Below, in pieces: positions 28,142 through 37,506 of a stretch of DNA of 64,000 nt. The translations under genes and the position numbers were made by a program. The stretch's first letter is position 1, and each line of letters opens with the position of its first letter. The notes beneath the pieces are model-generated. The model was not told where the DNA came from and did not search any database. It saw only the letters and a list, made by a program, of their open reading frames with translations. Location of the stretch: positions 1 through 64,000 of IMG/VR virus record IMGVR_UViG_3300028840_001395; one strand, 5' to 3'.

Positions 28142-29398
28142 TTAGTTCGTCGCTCCGCCCATGACGCGGTGGACAGTCCACTCCACACCCAGCGTCTGGG
28201 GAGCCGTGAACACGATGTTGAAGCCAGTCGTGCTCTTGCCCGTGATGGCCCAGGAAGTCGTCGGCCCCGCGTCAGCCTCGATGCTCACCGTGTAGTTGGC
28301 GTCTGGCTGCGGGGTGACGAAAGCCACCGACTTCGACAGGTCTGCCGCAAAGGCCACGGTGCCCCGCTGAACCGGCTCCTCCAGAGAGGCTGTCCCGCCC
28401 GAGGTCACGGTGCCCTTCTTCGATCCCGCGATGGACACGGCAATCGAATTGAGCATGTTGATGTTGCCGACCTCGGAACCCCGGATGACCACCGACCGAT
28501 CTCCCGCTAGGCGAAGGTCCGGTCCTCCCGAGCAGCCCACGATGGAGAGCTTGCCCTGGGTGTTCAGCGTTGAGTTCACGGGCGGTGACAGGCTGCCACG
28601 TCCCAGGTTCGGGCAACCGACAAGCTGGTAGTCCGAAGTCGTGATGGAGGGCACATCCCCGCCGTTGTAGTCCAGTTGGAGGTTCGGCACACTGTCCACG
28701 GTGGACAGTACGAAGCTGGCGCACATCTCGGCCATGACCAGAGAAGTGGCGCTGCTCTCGGCCATGCTGCCGCCCTGGATGAGCACGTTGTTGACCGACG
28801 TGGCCCGCACCGGGCGTCCCGCACCCGAGTTGATGATGTCACAACCCCGGAAGGCGATGACATTCTCGCCCACCTCGGAACCCGCGCCACCATCGATCCT
28901 GACGGCAGCGTAGGCGTCATGGGCGTTGGTGATGCGGAAGCCGGAGAGGGTGACGTACTTGGGGATGGTGCCCAGCGCCGCCTGGATGACCAGCGTATGA
29001 TAGGCCCCAGGGCCGTTCGGATTGTCCTCGGCCAGTGACGCCAGCGTGGCCCCGAAGCCGATGAGATGAACGCCGTCACGGACCAGGTTGAGGGTCTCCT
29101 TGTAGCGACCCGGCCCGACCAGGACGAAGTAGGGGTTCAGGACGCTCGACGTGGCCGGGATGGCGTCCAGAGCGGACTGGACGGTCGAGTACTCGGCTCC
29201 GGCACCGCTCTGGCCGACCACGAGGAGGTTGCCGATGGAGCGGAGGCCAGCAAGCTGGGCCACGGTGATGCCCCCGGTGACCACGGCGTCCACGAACTCG
29301 ATGGAACCGTCCGCAGCGGCCCGGATGAGCCGGTCTCCGCCCGCAGTTGCGCCCGGCTCGATCTCGATCTGGTCAACCAGAAGTGGGTCTTGTGCCAT
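28142..29398 (-). CDS. Putative fibre/spike protein: pectin-lyase-like beta-helix plus C-terminal beta-sandwich
   Basis: VVGQSG..EYSTVQSALDA...VLVGPGRYKE beta-helix cap; C-terminal V.F.TP..DANY.V...KSTTGF module. Confidence 0.6.
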   Translation of the reverse strand: MAQDPLLVDQIEIEPGATAGGDRLIRAAADGSIEFVDAVVTGGITVAQLAGLRSIGNLLVVGQSGAGAEYSTVQSALDAIPATSSVLNPYFVLVGPGRYKETLNLVRDGVHLIGFGATLASLAEDNPNGPGAYHTLVIQAALGTIPKYVTLSGFRITNAHDAYAAVRIDGGAGSEVGENVIAFRGCDIINSGAGRPVRATSVNNVLIQGGSMAESSATSLVMAEMCASFVLSTVDSVPNLQLDYNGGDVPSITTSDYQLVGCPNLGRGSLSPPVNSTLNTQGKLSIVGCSGGPDLRLAGDRSVVIRGSEVGNINMLNSIAVSIAGSKKGTVTSGGTASLEEPVQRGTVAFAADLSKSVAFVTPQPDANYTVSIEADAGPTTSWAITGKSTTGFNIVFTAPQTLGVEWTVHRVMGGATN

Positions 29399-29407
29399 CG
29401 ACTACCT

Positions 29408-29620
29408 CTACATCACCTTCTTGACGGCCTCTTCGAGCTTGAACAGAGCCTTGCTCACCGCAACGCTCTCCCGATGAATGGCCCGAGGGTCGGAGACACG
29501 CCGCTTGATCTGGGCGAGCAGATCCGACATGCCATAGGTCATATCGAGAACGGTGTCCCCAGGGTAGGAGAACGTCCCCGCCTCCTTGATCGTCGGCCCC
29601 CACTGCTCTTTCAAGCCCAT
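29408..29620 (-). CDS. Hypothetical protein
   Basis: GGAGG RBS; fills operon gap. Confidence 0.55.
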   Translation of the reverse strand: MGLKEQWGPTIKEAGTFSYPGDTVLDMTYGMSDLLAQIKRRVSDPRAIHRESVAVSKALFKLEEAVKKVM

Positions 29621-29629
29621 CTTGCCCTC

Positions 29630-30310
29630 CTACACGAACACGTCGAACCCGACTTCGGCGGTGGCCCCTGTCTCCAGGGTATATCCAAGCTCCACCGTGA
29701 AGCCGGTCTTGGTCTTGTTGATGACACGAGCCAGGTAGAAGTCATCCGCTGTCAGAATCACCCGGTAGTCATCCGTGGTGAACGGCGTCGAGAACGTCAC
29801 CGCCTTCTGGCCCATGTCGAAGTCCTGGAACGTCAGGAAGCCGCTTGTGGTGCTCGCCTGCTGGGTGGCTACCAGGACGACGTACTCGACGTTCTTCGGC
29901 TCTGTGGGCGAGCCATACATGCAGGGGGCCACGATCTTGAAGCTCGTGAGGGTCTTGTCCTCGGTCTTGAGCACCACGTTGTCGGGCACCGAGTAGGCCA
30001 CCCGGTAGTTGGTGTTGTTCAAGACCCCCGCCGGGATGCTGACCGTCTGTTCAGTCTGTCCAGTGAAGACCACGATGCCGTTGGCCACGGCGGTCTCGGC
30101 CACCTGTTGCTGGACGATGTACTTGGCTCGCTCGATGTCGTTGAGGACGTACTCGGGGATGCTGGTGGCGCAGTCCACGGCTCCGTAGGCGGCTCGGATG
30201 TTCCGCACCGATACGAGCCCCTGGGCGTCCACCACGATGTCGAAGTAGTACGCCGTTCCGCCCGATGACGACTCGTAGGTGAAGACTGACTGTTGCCTGA
30301 TGAGCGTCAT
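29630..30310 (-). CDS. Putative fibre-associated protein with two beta-sandwich modules
   Basis: Two G...F....V.....NYRV....KT.T(S/G)F repeats related to the 28142 gene C-terminus. Confidence 0.6.
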   Translation of the reverse strand: MTLIRQQSVFTYESSSGGTAYYFDIVVDAQGLVSVRNIRAAYGAVDCATSIPEYVLNDIERAKYIVQQQVAETAVANGIVVFTGQTEQTVSIPAGVLNNTNYRVAYSVPDNVVLKTEDKTLTSFKIVAPCMYGSPTEPKNVEYVVLVATQQASTTSGFLTFQDFDMGQKAVTFSTPFTTDDYRVILTADDFYLARVINKTKTGFTVELGYTLETGATAEVGFDVFV

Positions 30311-30312
30311 CG

Positions 30313-31044
30313 TCAGACTGCCTTCACCGCCGCCTTGAGCGCCTTGTCCAGCTTGCCCTTGAGATCACGCAGATCCTTGAACACGAAGGTCGTCTCGAAG
30401 GGTGTGACCATCTGATTGGGCAGGTAACGACCATCTGGATCGATGGCCGAGAACACGTACATGTTGTTCATGCCACGCTTCTTCACCCACGGACTCGTGC
30501 TGTCCGGGTCATAGAAGAAAGCCCCGATGCGGACCCCAAAGCCCTCATCGACATAGAGTTCCCGCATGGCCTCATCGAACTCCTCGGCCAGAGAGTAGTC
30601 GATCTCCTCAAGGTCGTGATAGCTGATGTCATTGGGCGCGAGACCCAGTTCCGGGTGCCTCTTCGCAAACCACTTCGCGGTCTCATCGTGGATCTTGTCG
30701 TCGGCACCTGACCGCATGGACTCAGCCTTGGAGTTGCTGAAGCCATACCCCGTGCTGATAGTGTATTCTAGTGGAACCCAGCACTCAGCACCCCAACCCC
30801 CATCAGAGCCAGAACCGAACTTGGAGTTCCGCTGACCCTTGACGACAGGGAGCAAGGTCGCGTCAGACTCCCAACGGGAGCAGAGATCGTCAGCGGCATC
30901 TTCCACAGCCCGGCGGACGATCTTGTCCATCTCGGGGTCATCGAGGGCCTGGCGGGCAGCGAACTTCCGCAGCAGCGGCACCAGATGCCGTCGAAGTTCG
31001 GGCTTCTCATGGGCCAGCTTGACCAGTTCTCCACGAAGACCCAT
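30313..31044 (-). CDS. Hypothetical virion protein with amphipathic leader
   Basis: Leader LRGELVKLAHEKPELRRHLVPLLRKFAA precedes an unrelated body. Confidence 0.7.
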   Translation of the reverse strand: MGLRGELVKLAHEKPELRRHLVPLLRKFAARQALDDPEMDKIVRRAVEDAADDLCSRWESDATLLPVVKGQRNSKFGSGSDGGWGAECWVPLEYTISTGYGFSNSKAESMRSGADDKIHDETAKWFAKRHPELGLAPNDISYHDLEEIDYSLAEEFDEAMRELYVDEGFGVRIGAFFYDPDSTSPWVKKRGMNNMYVFSAIDPDGRYLPNQMVTPFETTFVFKDLRDLKGKLDKALKAAVKAV

Positions 31045-31355
31045 CACCAGACTCCCGTTGTCTCGAAGCCCCGCTTCTCGAACCAGGCTGCCAGCTTCAC
31101 CAGCGCCTCCCGATTCCGAGACCAGACCTCGACAGAATCGAAGGTATCCTTGACCCCCAGGTCAGGGATTGAGTCCACCTCGGCCATCGCCACCTTGCCG
31201 TCGCGGAACGAGCGCAGCAGGTTGGGGAGATTCTTGATCTCTCGGATGCCGTAGAGGACTTGGAAGCGATACTCGGGCGTGGAGAACTTCCCGACCCAGC
31301 GCCGGGCCACCCGCTTCGCCATCACGACCCGCTTCTTGGACTCTTGTTCTGCCAT
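31044..31355 (-). CDS. Hypothetical protein
   Basis: First gene after late motif; KRVARRW motif. Confidence 0.7.
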   Translation of the reverse strand: MAEQESKKRVVMAKRVARRWVGKFSTPEYRFQVLYGIREIKNLPNLLRSFRDGKVAMAEVDSIPDLGVKDTFDSVEVWSRNREALVKLAAWFEKRGFETTGVW

Positions 31356-31387
31356 AGCCCTCTCCAAAGCTCTACTCCTATGTACGC

Positions 31388-31403
31388 ATAGGGCGATTAT
31401 CGA
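31388..31403 (-). promoter_or_regulatory. Putative late promoter TCGAT-N7-CTAT
   Basis: tcgataatcgccctat at the head of the structural region. Confidence 0.65.
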
Positions 31404-31415
31404 CTGAGGAGGGGT

Positions 31416-32021
31416 CTACGCGATGCGGTGAGCCACGACGTTGCAGCCGGAGGGACGCTGGACTTCACGGAGGATGTTGAGGTTGCTGGCGACATACTGG
31501 AACAATTCCACGTATTTGCCGAACTTGACGTTGGCCCCCATGCGCTTCAGGGACCGGAGGAAGCGGTGTCGGACAAGCCCTTGGCTGACTCCAAGCTGCT
31601 TGGCTACCTCGGACTGGCAGGTCGTCTGCCACATCAGGAGCATGATCTGGACATCCAAGGGGTCGGAGAGGAAACCCGTCAGGTCTTTCTCCATCTTCTT
31701 CTTCGGGATATCGGGGAGGTTGAGGAGGAAGCGGATTCTGTCAGCGGCCCGCATCAGGCGATAACAGACCGTGGGCTGACTCACCCCGAAGATCAGGGCG
31801 ATGTCTGTCTGCCGGAGCCGTTTGAAGTAGTAGAGGTCTACGAAGTCGGCCTCTCGGTCGGGTAGCAGGTTGAGGATATCCTGAATCTGCTCGATCTGCT
31901 TGAGGTCATCTTCGGAGGGTTCGGTGAAGATGGAGTCCATATACGCCATCGAATCCTCGTTGGCGAACCGGGATTCCATCTCCGTAGGGTCGATTGTGTG
32001 ATGACCTGACCATGAAGTCAT
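31416..32021 (-). CDS. Sigma-70 region-4-like protein with two tandem HTHs (candidate late transcription factor)
   Basis: LPDREADFVDLYYF...QTDIALIFGVSQPTVCYRL and QSEVAKQLGVSQGLVRHRF. Confidence 0.75.
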   Translation of the reverse strand: MTSWSGHHTIDPTEMESRFANEDSMAYMDSIFTEPSEDDLKQIEQIQDILNLLPDREADFVDLYYFKRLRQTDIALIFGVSQPTVCYRLMRAADRIRFLLNLPDIPKKKMEKDLTGFLSDPLDVQIMLLMWQTTCQSEVAKQLGVSQGLVRHRFLRSLKRMGANVKFGKYVELFQYVASNLNILREVQRPSGCNVVAHRIA

Positions 32022-32077
32022 TTCTCACGCCTCCTGGAGAAGGACCAGTTACAGCGCGAGAAGCTCAGGGTGCCCCC

Positions 32078-32105
32078 ATTATACCGTTCGACGGTGATTT
32101 GTCAC
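32078..32105 (-). promoter_or_regulatory. Host sigma70-type promoter with palindromic spacer
   Basis: GTGACA-N16-TATAAT; ACCGT-TCG-ACGGT palindrome at 32083-32095. Confidence 0.65.
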
Positions 32106-32644
32106 CCCTCATTCTCGATTGCCTCAAGAAATACGAGAGGGATGGTGGCAATGACCCGTAGGGAGCGGAGCTTGATCTTCACGAAAGCGTCCTCTCCATC
32201 CTTCCCCAGCACGACACCTTCGAGCATCCGGTAGGTGCCCTCGATGACTCGAACCTCGTCGTGGATCTCGATATCGGAGCTGACCAGCTCCTTGAATTGC
32301 TGTTTTAGCTCATCGATTTTCTTGTTCGGGATGGTGCTCAGGACGCGAATGGAGTGAGGGCCGGAGTTGGAGGACATGACCTGGTTGATATAGGGCTTCC
32401 GTTCCAGGTCGAAGTAGGCCGTCTCTGGAAGCCCTGTGGCCAGAAAGACGTATCCCTCCATCAACTGGACGGTGAACTTGCGCTTGCCCTTGCTGTAGGT
32501 GACGGCGGGGATGAAGATGGGGAAGTCTGGGCCGATATTGAGGTCTGATCGGAGGGTATCTTCTAGAACGCCATCCTCGACCTTCGTTTCTCCCATCCGG
32601 GAGAGTTCAACGGCTATCCAAGTGGTTTCGTCCCGGCGGTCCAA
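32102..32644 (-). CDS. nusG: NusG/RfaH-family transcription elongation factor
   Basis: NGN: W.AV, IFIP...LMEGYVFL; KOW: DEVRVIEGTY..LEGVV; probable TTG start at 32644. Confidence 0.8.
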   Translation of the reverse strand: MDRRDETTWIAVELSRMGETKVEDGVLEDTLRSDLNIGPDFPIFIPAVTYSKGKRKFTVQLMEGYVFLATGLPETAYFDLERKPYINQVMSSNSGPHSIRVLSTIPNKKIDELKQQFKELVSSDIEIHDEVRVIEGTYRMLEGVVLGKDGEDAFVKIKLRSLRVIATIPLVFLEAIENEG

Positions 32645-34025
32645 TCGAATCCCCGTCCAATTCTGCCACTCGTAGCGCAAGAAGCGTGCAAAACTGGTCG
32701 GGGCCGAATACGTCCTGGGAAACTTTCTGCCCTTGATCCCCCTGATGAGCAGAACTTCCAGGCTTCGCCACCGCCCTTGGGTCTACTTCGACCTCTCCTT
32801 TGAGCATTGGAGGGGCCGAACCCCTAGATAGTTTACCAGAGTCAGGTGAAAGTTTTGCAGAAGTTTTCTCATCCTCGGAGGATGCCTTGTCGCCCGCCGA
32901 TTTCTCGGGGGGAGTTCCAGTCTGGACGACAACCATCTCGGGCTGACTTCCAACGACGGAACCTCCAACATGGTGAAGATGGCCCAGGTCACAGACCAAC
33001 ATGGCCTCGGTCGGGCGTCCGGGGCGGCTCGACAGCCGGGCGGCGAACCCCAGCAGATTGGCCTGGTGCTGATCATAGATGCTCTGGAGTCGGTCGGCGT
33101 CCCAGTAGGCGTCGGGGGTGGTGGCCTTGATGCCGACCTCGTAGATGGTCACGGCGGTCTTGGCCAAAGCCGTGTAGCAGGTCAGCGGGGACGTGCGCTT
33201 CATCAGGTCGCGGGCCGACTTGATCACCACGGACAGATCTCGACCCAGATTCTCCAAGATGTCGAGGTAGACCTCGTTGTGGTCGAGGTGCAGGTAGGAG
33301 GTGACGTTCTCCTTGTTGATCACACCCAGCATCGAGACACCCTCGATAGCCTTGAGGGCATCTCGGATGTGGCATTCGGTGATCTCTGCGATGAGCTGAA
33401 GCATCCCGTCCTCGTACTTGATGCCCTCCTGGTCGCAGATGTAGGTCAGTCGCTTGGCGATATCTTCTGGCTCGACGGCCTGAATCACGAACGCGGGGGC
33501 GCAGCGAGACAGAATCGTAGTCCGCATCTTCTCGGGCTCGGTGGTGCAGAAGATACAGACCAGCTTCTTGTCGTCGGAGTCCGGGTTGTTCTCTTCCAGG
33601 GGCTTGAGCAGGGCATCCAAGGCATCCCTGCTCAACTGGTGGGACTCATCGAACAGGTAGATCTGCTTGCGCCCTGTGAACGTGTGATACTGGATCTCGT
33701 CCACGACCTGTCGGATGGCGTCCTTGCCCGAGTTCGTGGCGGCGTCAACCTCGATGAAGTCCACCGAGGTTCCCAGGCTCAGCAGCGACTTGCAGGACTC
33801 GCACTGATCGCAGGGGTCGCCCTCGTCGGTCGGGCTCTCACACAGCAGGGCTCGGGCCAGAATCCGGCCCAAGGTGGTCTTGCCAGAGCCGAAGGGGCCA
33901 GCGAAGAGGTAGGACTGTCGCCTGCCGGTGCCCTTGGCGATGAAGTTCCGCAGAACGCGAATGGTGGCGTCCTGGCCGAGCACGTCATCGAAGCGGGTGG
34001 GCCGGTACTTGGTATCGAGGCTCAT
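32607..34025 (-). CDS. dnaX: DNA polymerase III clamp loader subunit gamma/tau
   Basis: KYRP.RFDDVLGQ, GPFGSGKTT, C4 zinc, EVDAA, DESH.LS..A..ALLK.LEE, TILSRC. Confidence 0.93.
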   Translation of the reverse strand: MSLDTKYRPTRFDDVLGQDATIRVLRNFIAKGTGRRQSYLFAGPFGSGKTTLGRILARALLCESPTDEGDPCDQCESCKSLLSLGTSVDFIEVDAATNSGKDAIRQVVDEIQYHTFTGRKQIYLFDESHQLSRDALDALLKPLEENNPDSDDKKLVCIFCTTEPEKMRTTILSRCAPAFVIQAVEPEDIAKRLTYICDQEGIKYEDGMLQLIAEITECHIRDALKAIEGVSMLGVINKENVTSYLHLDHNEVYLDILENLGRDLSVVIKSARDLMKRTSPLTCYTALAKTAVTIYEVGIKATTPDAYWDADRLQSIYDQHQANLLGFAARLSSRPGRPTEAMLVCDLGHLHHVGGSVVGSQPEMVVVQTGTPPEKSAGDKASSEDEKTSAKLSPDSGKLSRGSAPPMLKGEVEVDPRAVAKPGSSAHQGDQGQKVSQDVFGPDQFCTLLALRVAELDGDSIGPPGRNHLDSR

Positions 34026-34078
34026 CGTGCCCCCTGGTGCTTTCTTCTACTACCCGAACAGGGGGCTAGATAGACCTC

Positions 34079-34531
34079 CTAGTCGTCCCCGAACAGCTCC
34101 TGGATGTGGTTCGGCTCGGGAGCCGCTCCGCTCGTCCGCCAGTAGCCGTGGCGCTCGACTTCCTCCTTGTAGAAGGACACGTCGGGGAGCCGGACGTAGA
34201 ACTTGAGGTCGCCGTCCTTCTCGTTCTCCTCGGCCCCACAGGCGCAGAGGTGGTGGTCGAGCAGGGCGACCTTCTGCTTGTCGGTCATCTCCTGCCACTC
34301 ATCCTGGGCCAGGGTGATGACGAACTTCCAGTCGGTCTCGCCCAGGATGCCCAGGAGCGGAGGTGCCTTGGCGGTCTTGCCCGCGATCACGGCGTCCCCG
34401 ACCTGGGTGGCCTTCTCCTTGAACACCACGGCGATCTCGTCCGCTACCGACGCCAGCCGGGGGTGGAACTTGGAGATCAGATCCTTGACGGTCTTGTGGA
34501 TGTCCTCGCCTGCCTTGAACTGTGCTCCCAT
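34079..34531 (-). CDS. Putative phage metallopeptidase-family protein (degenerate)
   Basis: W......K.ALLDHHLCAC...DV..Y.EEVERHG.W pattern; HExxH replaced by HHLCA. Confidence 0.6.
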   Translation of the reverse strand: MGAQFKAGEDIHKTVKDLISKFHPRLASVADEIAVVFKEKATQVGDAVIAGKTAKAPPLLGILGETDWKFVITLAQDEWQEMTDKQKVALLDHHLCACGAEENEKDGDLKFYVRLPDVSFYKEEVERHGYWRTSGAAPEPNHIQELFGDD

Positions 34532-34541
34532 AACTCGCCTC

Positions 34542-35255
34542 CTACAGCAAGAAAGAAGACCGGAGGGCTGTCTCGCCCCCTCGGTCCCAAATCTCTCCGG
34601 GGTCTGAACCCCCCGAGTAAGTCACTTCACGACACTCTAACCCTACCCTCTTGAGCGAGGCCAGTGCCCCCCATCGGCGTTTTCCAGTCGAATCAGTGTA
34701 TCCGTGGACACCTTTCCGGCCCGCCTCGTCTCGGTCATAGACCATGTGTACCCACCCCTTGCAGAAGCGCCGGAGGAACTCGACGTGCCACCAGGACAGC
34801 TTCGCCCGAACCGAGGCCAATACGGCATCCCCTTCGGGCACAACCCACTGCATCGGGCTCAAGTCGAACAACCCCTCGGTGACCCACACGTCACCACCGG
34901 CCCAGATGAGGGGCATGGCCGTCCGAAGCCCCAGCCAGAAGGGGTTCCAGGCAGCCTCATCCAGCCTGTAGTCGGTGATCTTCTTGATCCCCGTGTGTCG
35001 GCCCTCGAAACCAATGACGCGGCCTCTGGGCGAGTACACGGGGCAGATGAGCCAGCCGTCCAGGGCATCCCCGTAGTCCCCGTATCGCTTCCGAAAGGTC
35101 TTGTCGGGGACGGGATTCGAGGTTGGCGTCCAGATGGTGATACCTTCGGACTCGATGAACTCGGGCCGGACACCCCGACCCAGGAGGTAGCCCTCGCCTT
35201 CTTCGGTCAGCTCGCATCCTGCGAGAGCGTCATCCAGCCAACTCACTGGCACCAT
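34542..35255 (-). CDS. DnaG-like primase catalytic (TOPRIM) domain lacking zinc-binding domain
   Basis: YL.GRG, P....G.VIGFEGR, VTEG.FD, YDRDEAG, DPGE. Confidence 0.85.
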   Translation of the reverse strand: MVPVSWLDDALAGCELTEEGEGYLLGRGVRPEFIESEGITIWTPTSNPVPDKTFRKRYGDYGDALDGWLICPVYSPRGRVIGFEGRHTGIKKITDYRLDEAAWNPFWLGLRTAMPLIWAGGDVWVTEGLFDLSPMQWVVPEGDAVLASVRAKLSWWHVEFLRRFCKGWVHMVYDRDEAGRKGVHGYTDSTGKRRWGALASLKRVGLECREVTYSGGSDPGEIWDRGGETALRSSFLL

Positions 35256-35829
35256 TCCAGGCCACGGCGATGCTCCGACTCGGGTTGTGAGCGACGGCAG
35301 CGACCTTCTTGGGGGTGATGTGGTTCAGAAGACCCACGAAGTCCCTGTCCTTGGGGACTACCACGGCACAGTCGTCGGGGATCCACGAGGACGGACGGAC
35401 AGGGAAGCCCAGGGTGTCCGGCTGGAGCCAGTCAGGCCGTTGATACGGGCCAAGCTCGTTATCTTCCTCCCGCACTCGGGGGGCCAGGATTTCCAGATCG
35501 CCCAGGTCGTAGTCTTCGAGGTGCATCGTCGCGGCGATCACGCCGCCCTTGGAAAAGGGCTGGACGTTCCCCCACTCGTCACGTAGGCCCCGGTGGACGA
35601 CCGAGAGAGTCATGGCCCAGAACAGGTCTCCGGGGGTCGTGATCTCCCGGATTGCGGCTTTCACGATGTCGCCAGGGTGGGGCTCCTCAATCCACATGAG
35701 CCCTTCCGATGAGGTGACCAGGTAGGGGACAGTCTCCGGCGATACGTGGAACTCCATGATAAGGGGGACGTTCCCCTTCTTGGCTGCCGCCTTGGAGTGA
35801 ACTCGGACGACTTGCAGAAGATTGCTCAC
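35230..35829 (-). CDS. Hypothetical protein
   Basis: Coupled ORF in replication operon. Confidence 0.65.
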   Translation of the reverse strand: MSNLLQVVRVHSKAAAKKGNVPLIMEFHVSPETVPYLVTSSEGLMWIEEPHPGDIVKAAIREITTPGDLFWAMTLSVVHRGLRDEWGNVQPFSKGGVIAATMHLEDYDLGDLEILAPRVREEDNELGPYQRPDWLQPDTLGFPVRPSSWIPDDCAVVVPKDRDFVGLLNHITPKKVAAVAHNPSRSIAVAWNGASELAG

Positions 35830-36266
35830 TGCCACAGCTCCTCATCAGGAATCTGATCGATGGCGTTGTCCACCTCGTTGCAGTCCTCGGTCACATCCGG
35901 GCTGTCGAGCACCCAGAGCAATGCCGCTATGTCAGGATACTCCGAAGCCACTGGCCCTCGGGCCTTCGAGTTGACAAGATCGTAGAAGGCCCCCTTGATA
36001 CGGGCCTTCTCTTGTCGGGCCTCCCAGAGAGGGCATTCACGGGCATTCTCCGGACACCCCTCTACCCGCATGTCGCAGATGGGACGCCCCTTGACATCAG
36101 GATGGTTGCAGAATCCGACCTGTCGGCTCGGGTCACCCCCCACGGGCACCATCTTGTTGAACTTGCAGGTGTGGGGCTGCTTGCGGAAGTTGTCCTTCAG
36201 GAGCTTCTTCAGGTGCCGGTAGCAGACCTGCTTGAACTTCTGCCGGATGGTGGACTCATCACGCAC
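35826..36266 (-). CDS. Hypothetical Cys-rich protein
   Basis: Several Cys residues; coupled ORF. Confidence 0.65.
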   Translation of the reverse strand: MRDESTIRQKFKQVCYRHLKKLLKDNFRKQPHTCKFNKMVPVGGDPSRQVGFCNHPDVKGRPICDMRVEGCPENARECPLWEARQEKARIKGAFYDLVNSKARGPVASEYPDIAALLWVLDSPDVTEDCNEVDNAIDQIPDEELWQ

Positions 36267-36870
36267 GCATCAACTCCTGCCAACTCCACTTACTCCCCAG
36301 AGCGTCCTGGATGTCAACCGGAAGCTGCTCCCAGCCGATGACCTTGTTGTCGTAGAGATAGACATGGGAAGGCACCTTCAGCAGTCGCTTGACGAACTTG
36401 ATACCCTTCTCGGTCGGCTTCCACAGCCCCGAATCCTTCTTGTCCTGGGATCGGGTCGCGGGAGCCGTGATGGCGAGCCCCCATTTGGTGATGTAGGAAT
36501 AGTCCCGCCCCTCACCCTCCGAACGGATGTCGGTGTACTTCACCCAGTCCTGGGTCTCCCCGAAGCGACGAACTAGCCGGATGAGGAAGCGAGCCATGTT
36601 GGCGTTGAGCTTCCGGCGATAGACCTTGATGTTCTGGCCACAGCACGGACACTCACCCCCATCACCTTCCAGGCACATCGTCACCTGACGAACGGCATCC
36701 TCGTGGGTCAGATCCGACCGAGGGGCGGGGAGGACACCATCCAGGTCACTGTGCGGGTACTCGCTCCGGGGAAAGAGCGCCCCTTCATCCTCATCTTCGT
36801 CGTCGTTGAGGCCCAGAAGGTCATCGATGTCCAGGGGCTCTCGGCCTGCGAAGGGGTCTCTGGTGCTCAT
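36259..36870 (-). CDS. Hypothetical phage protein (CPCCG motif, possible winged helix)
   Basis: ATGA overlap start at 36870; CPCCGQ..KVYRRKL, WGL, GLWKPT.KG. Confidence 0.7.
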   Translation of the reverse strand: MSTRDPFAGREPLDIDDLLGLNDDEDEDEGALFPRSEYPHSDLDGVLPAPRSDLTHEDAVRQVTMCLEGDGGECPCCGQNIKVYRRKLNANMARFLIRLVRRFGETQDWVKYTDIRSEGEGRDYSYITKWGLAITAPATRSQDKKDSGLWKPTEKGIKFVKRLLKVPSHVYLYDNKVIGWEQLPVDIQDALGSKWSWQELMRA

Positions 36871-37502
36871 CGGACAGCCTCGAACCGAGCGGCACCGTTC
36901 TTCTTGACGATGCGGTATGCCTGGTCGGCAGCCTCGACCAGCGCCGGGTTGTGGGTCACCAGCAGGATGTCCAGCCCCAGCCGCTCGCACAGGACGGACA
37001 TGAAACGGCCCATGTTGGCGACGTAGTTGCCGTCGAAAGCCGGAAGAGACTCATCCAGCAGCAGGACAGGTCGGAGTCCACGACGGAGGATGATGATGAC
37101 CCGGAGCAGGATGGACTGAACAGTCGCCACAGCCCCGCCAAAGGCGTCGTTGCTCATGCCTTCGACTTCGGCCCCGCCGGGATGTGTCTGTGAGGTCACC
37201 AGATCCACCGTGACCTTGCCCCGCTGGACATCCACGTTGGCCTTGACCCGAAGATCCTGGTCATCGAACACGGTCTGTAGCCCCTCGGTCTGGAGCTTCT
37301 CGACTGCCTCAACCCCGACCGTGACCTCCTGGTCGATGAGTTGCCGGAGCAGCCCGGCCACGAGGTCGAGCAGTGCCTCTTCGTTCTCCAGGGTGCGGAT
37401 GTCACTCTCGACGGTATTCAGCCGCGAGGCGACTCCATCTCGGAGACCGATGGCCCGGTCGAGCTTCGACCGCAGCTCGGTCGCTGTAGGGAGGGAAGGC
37501 AT
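36867..37502 (-). CDS. SbcC/Rad50-like ABC ATPase, C-terminal half
   Basis: Short coiled coil, signature-like AFGG, Walker B/D-loop LLLDESLPAFD, H-loop LVTH; no Walker A. Confidence 0.8.
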   Translation of the reverse strand: MPSLPTATELRSKLDRAIGLRDGVASRLNTVESDIRTLENEEALLDLVAGLLRQLIDQEVTVGVEAVEKLQTEGLQTVFDDQDLRVKANVDVQRGKVTVDLVTSQTHPGGAEVEGMSNDAFGGAVATVQSILLRVIIILRRGLRPVLLLDESLPAFDGNYVANMGRFMSVLCERLGLDILLVTHNPALVEAADQAYRIVKKNGAARFEAVR

Positions 37503-37506
37503 CCCG

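Noticed and set aside
34605-34614. TGAACCCCCC match to middle-promoter upstream box
   Set aside because: Inside primase coding sequence with no GTAG box at the expected distance
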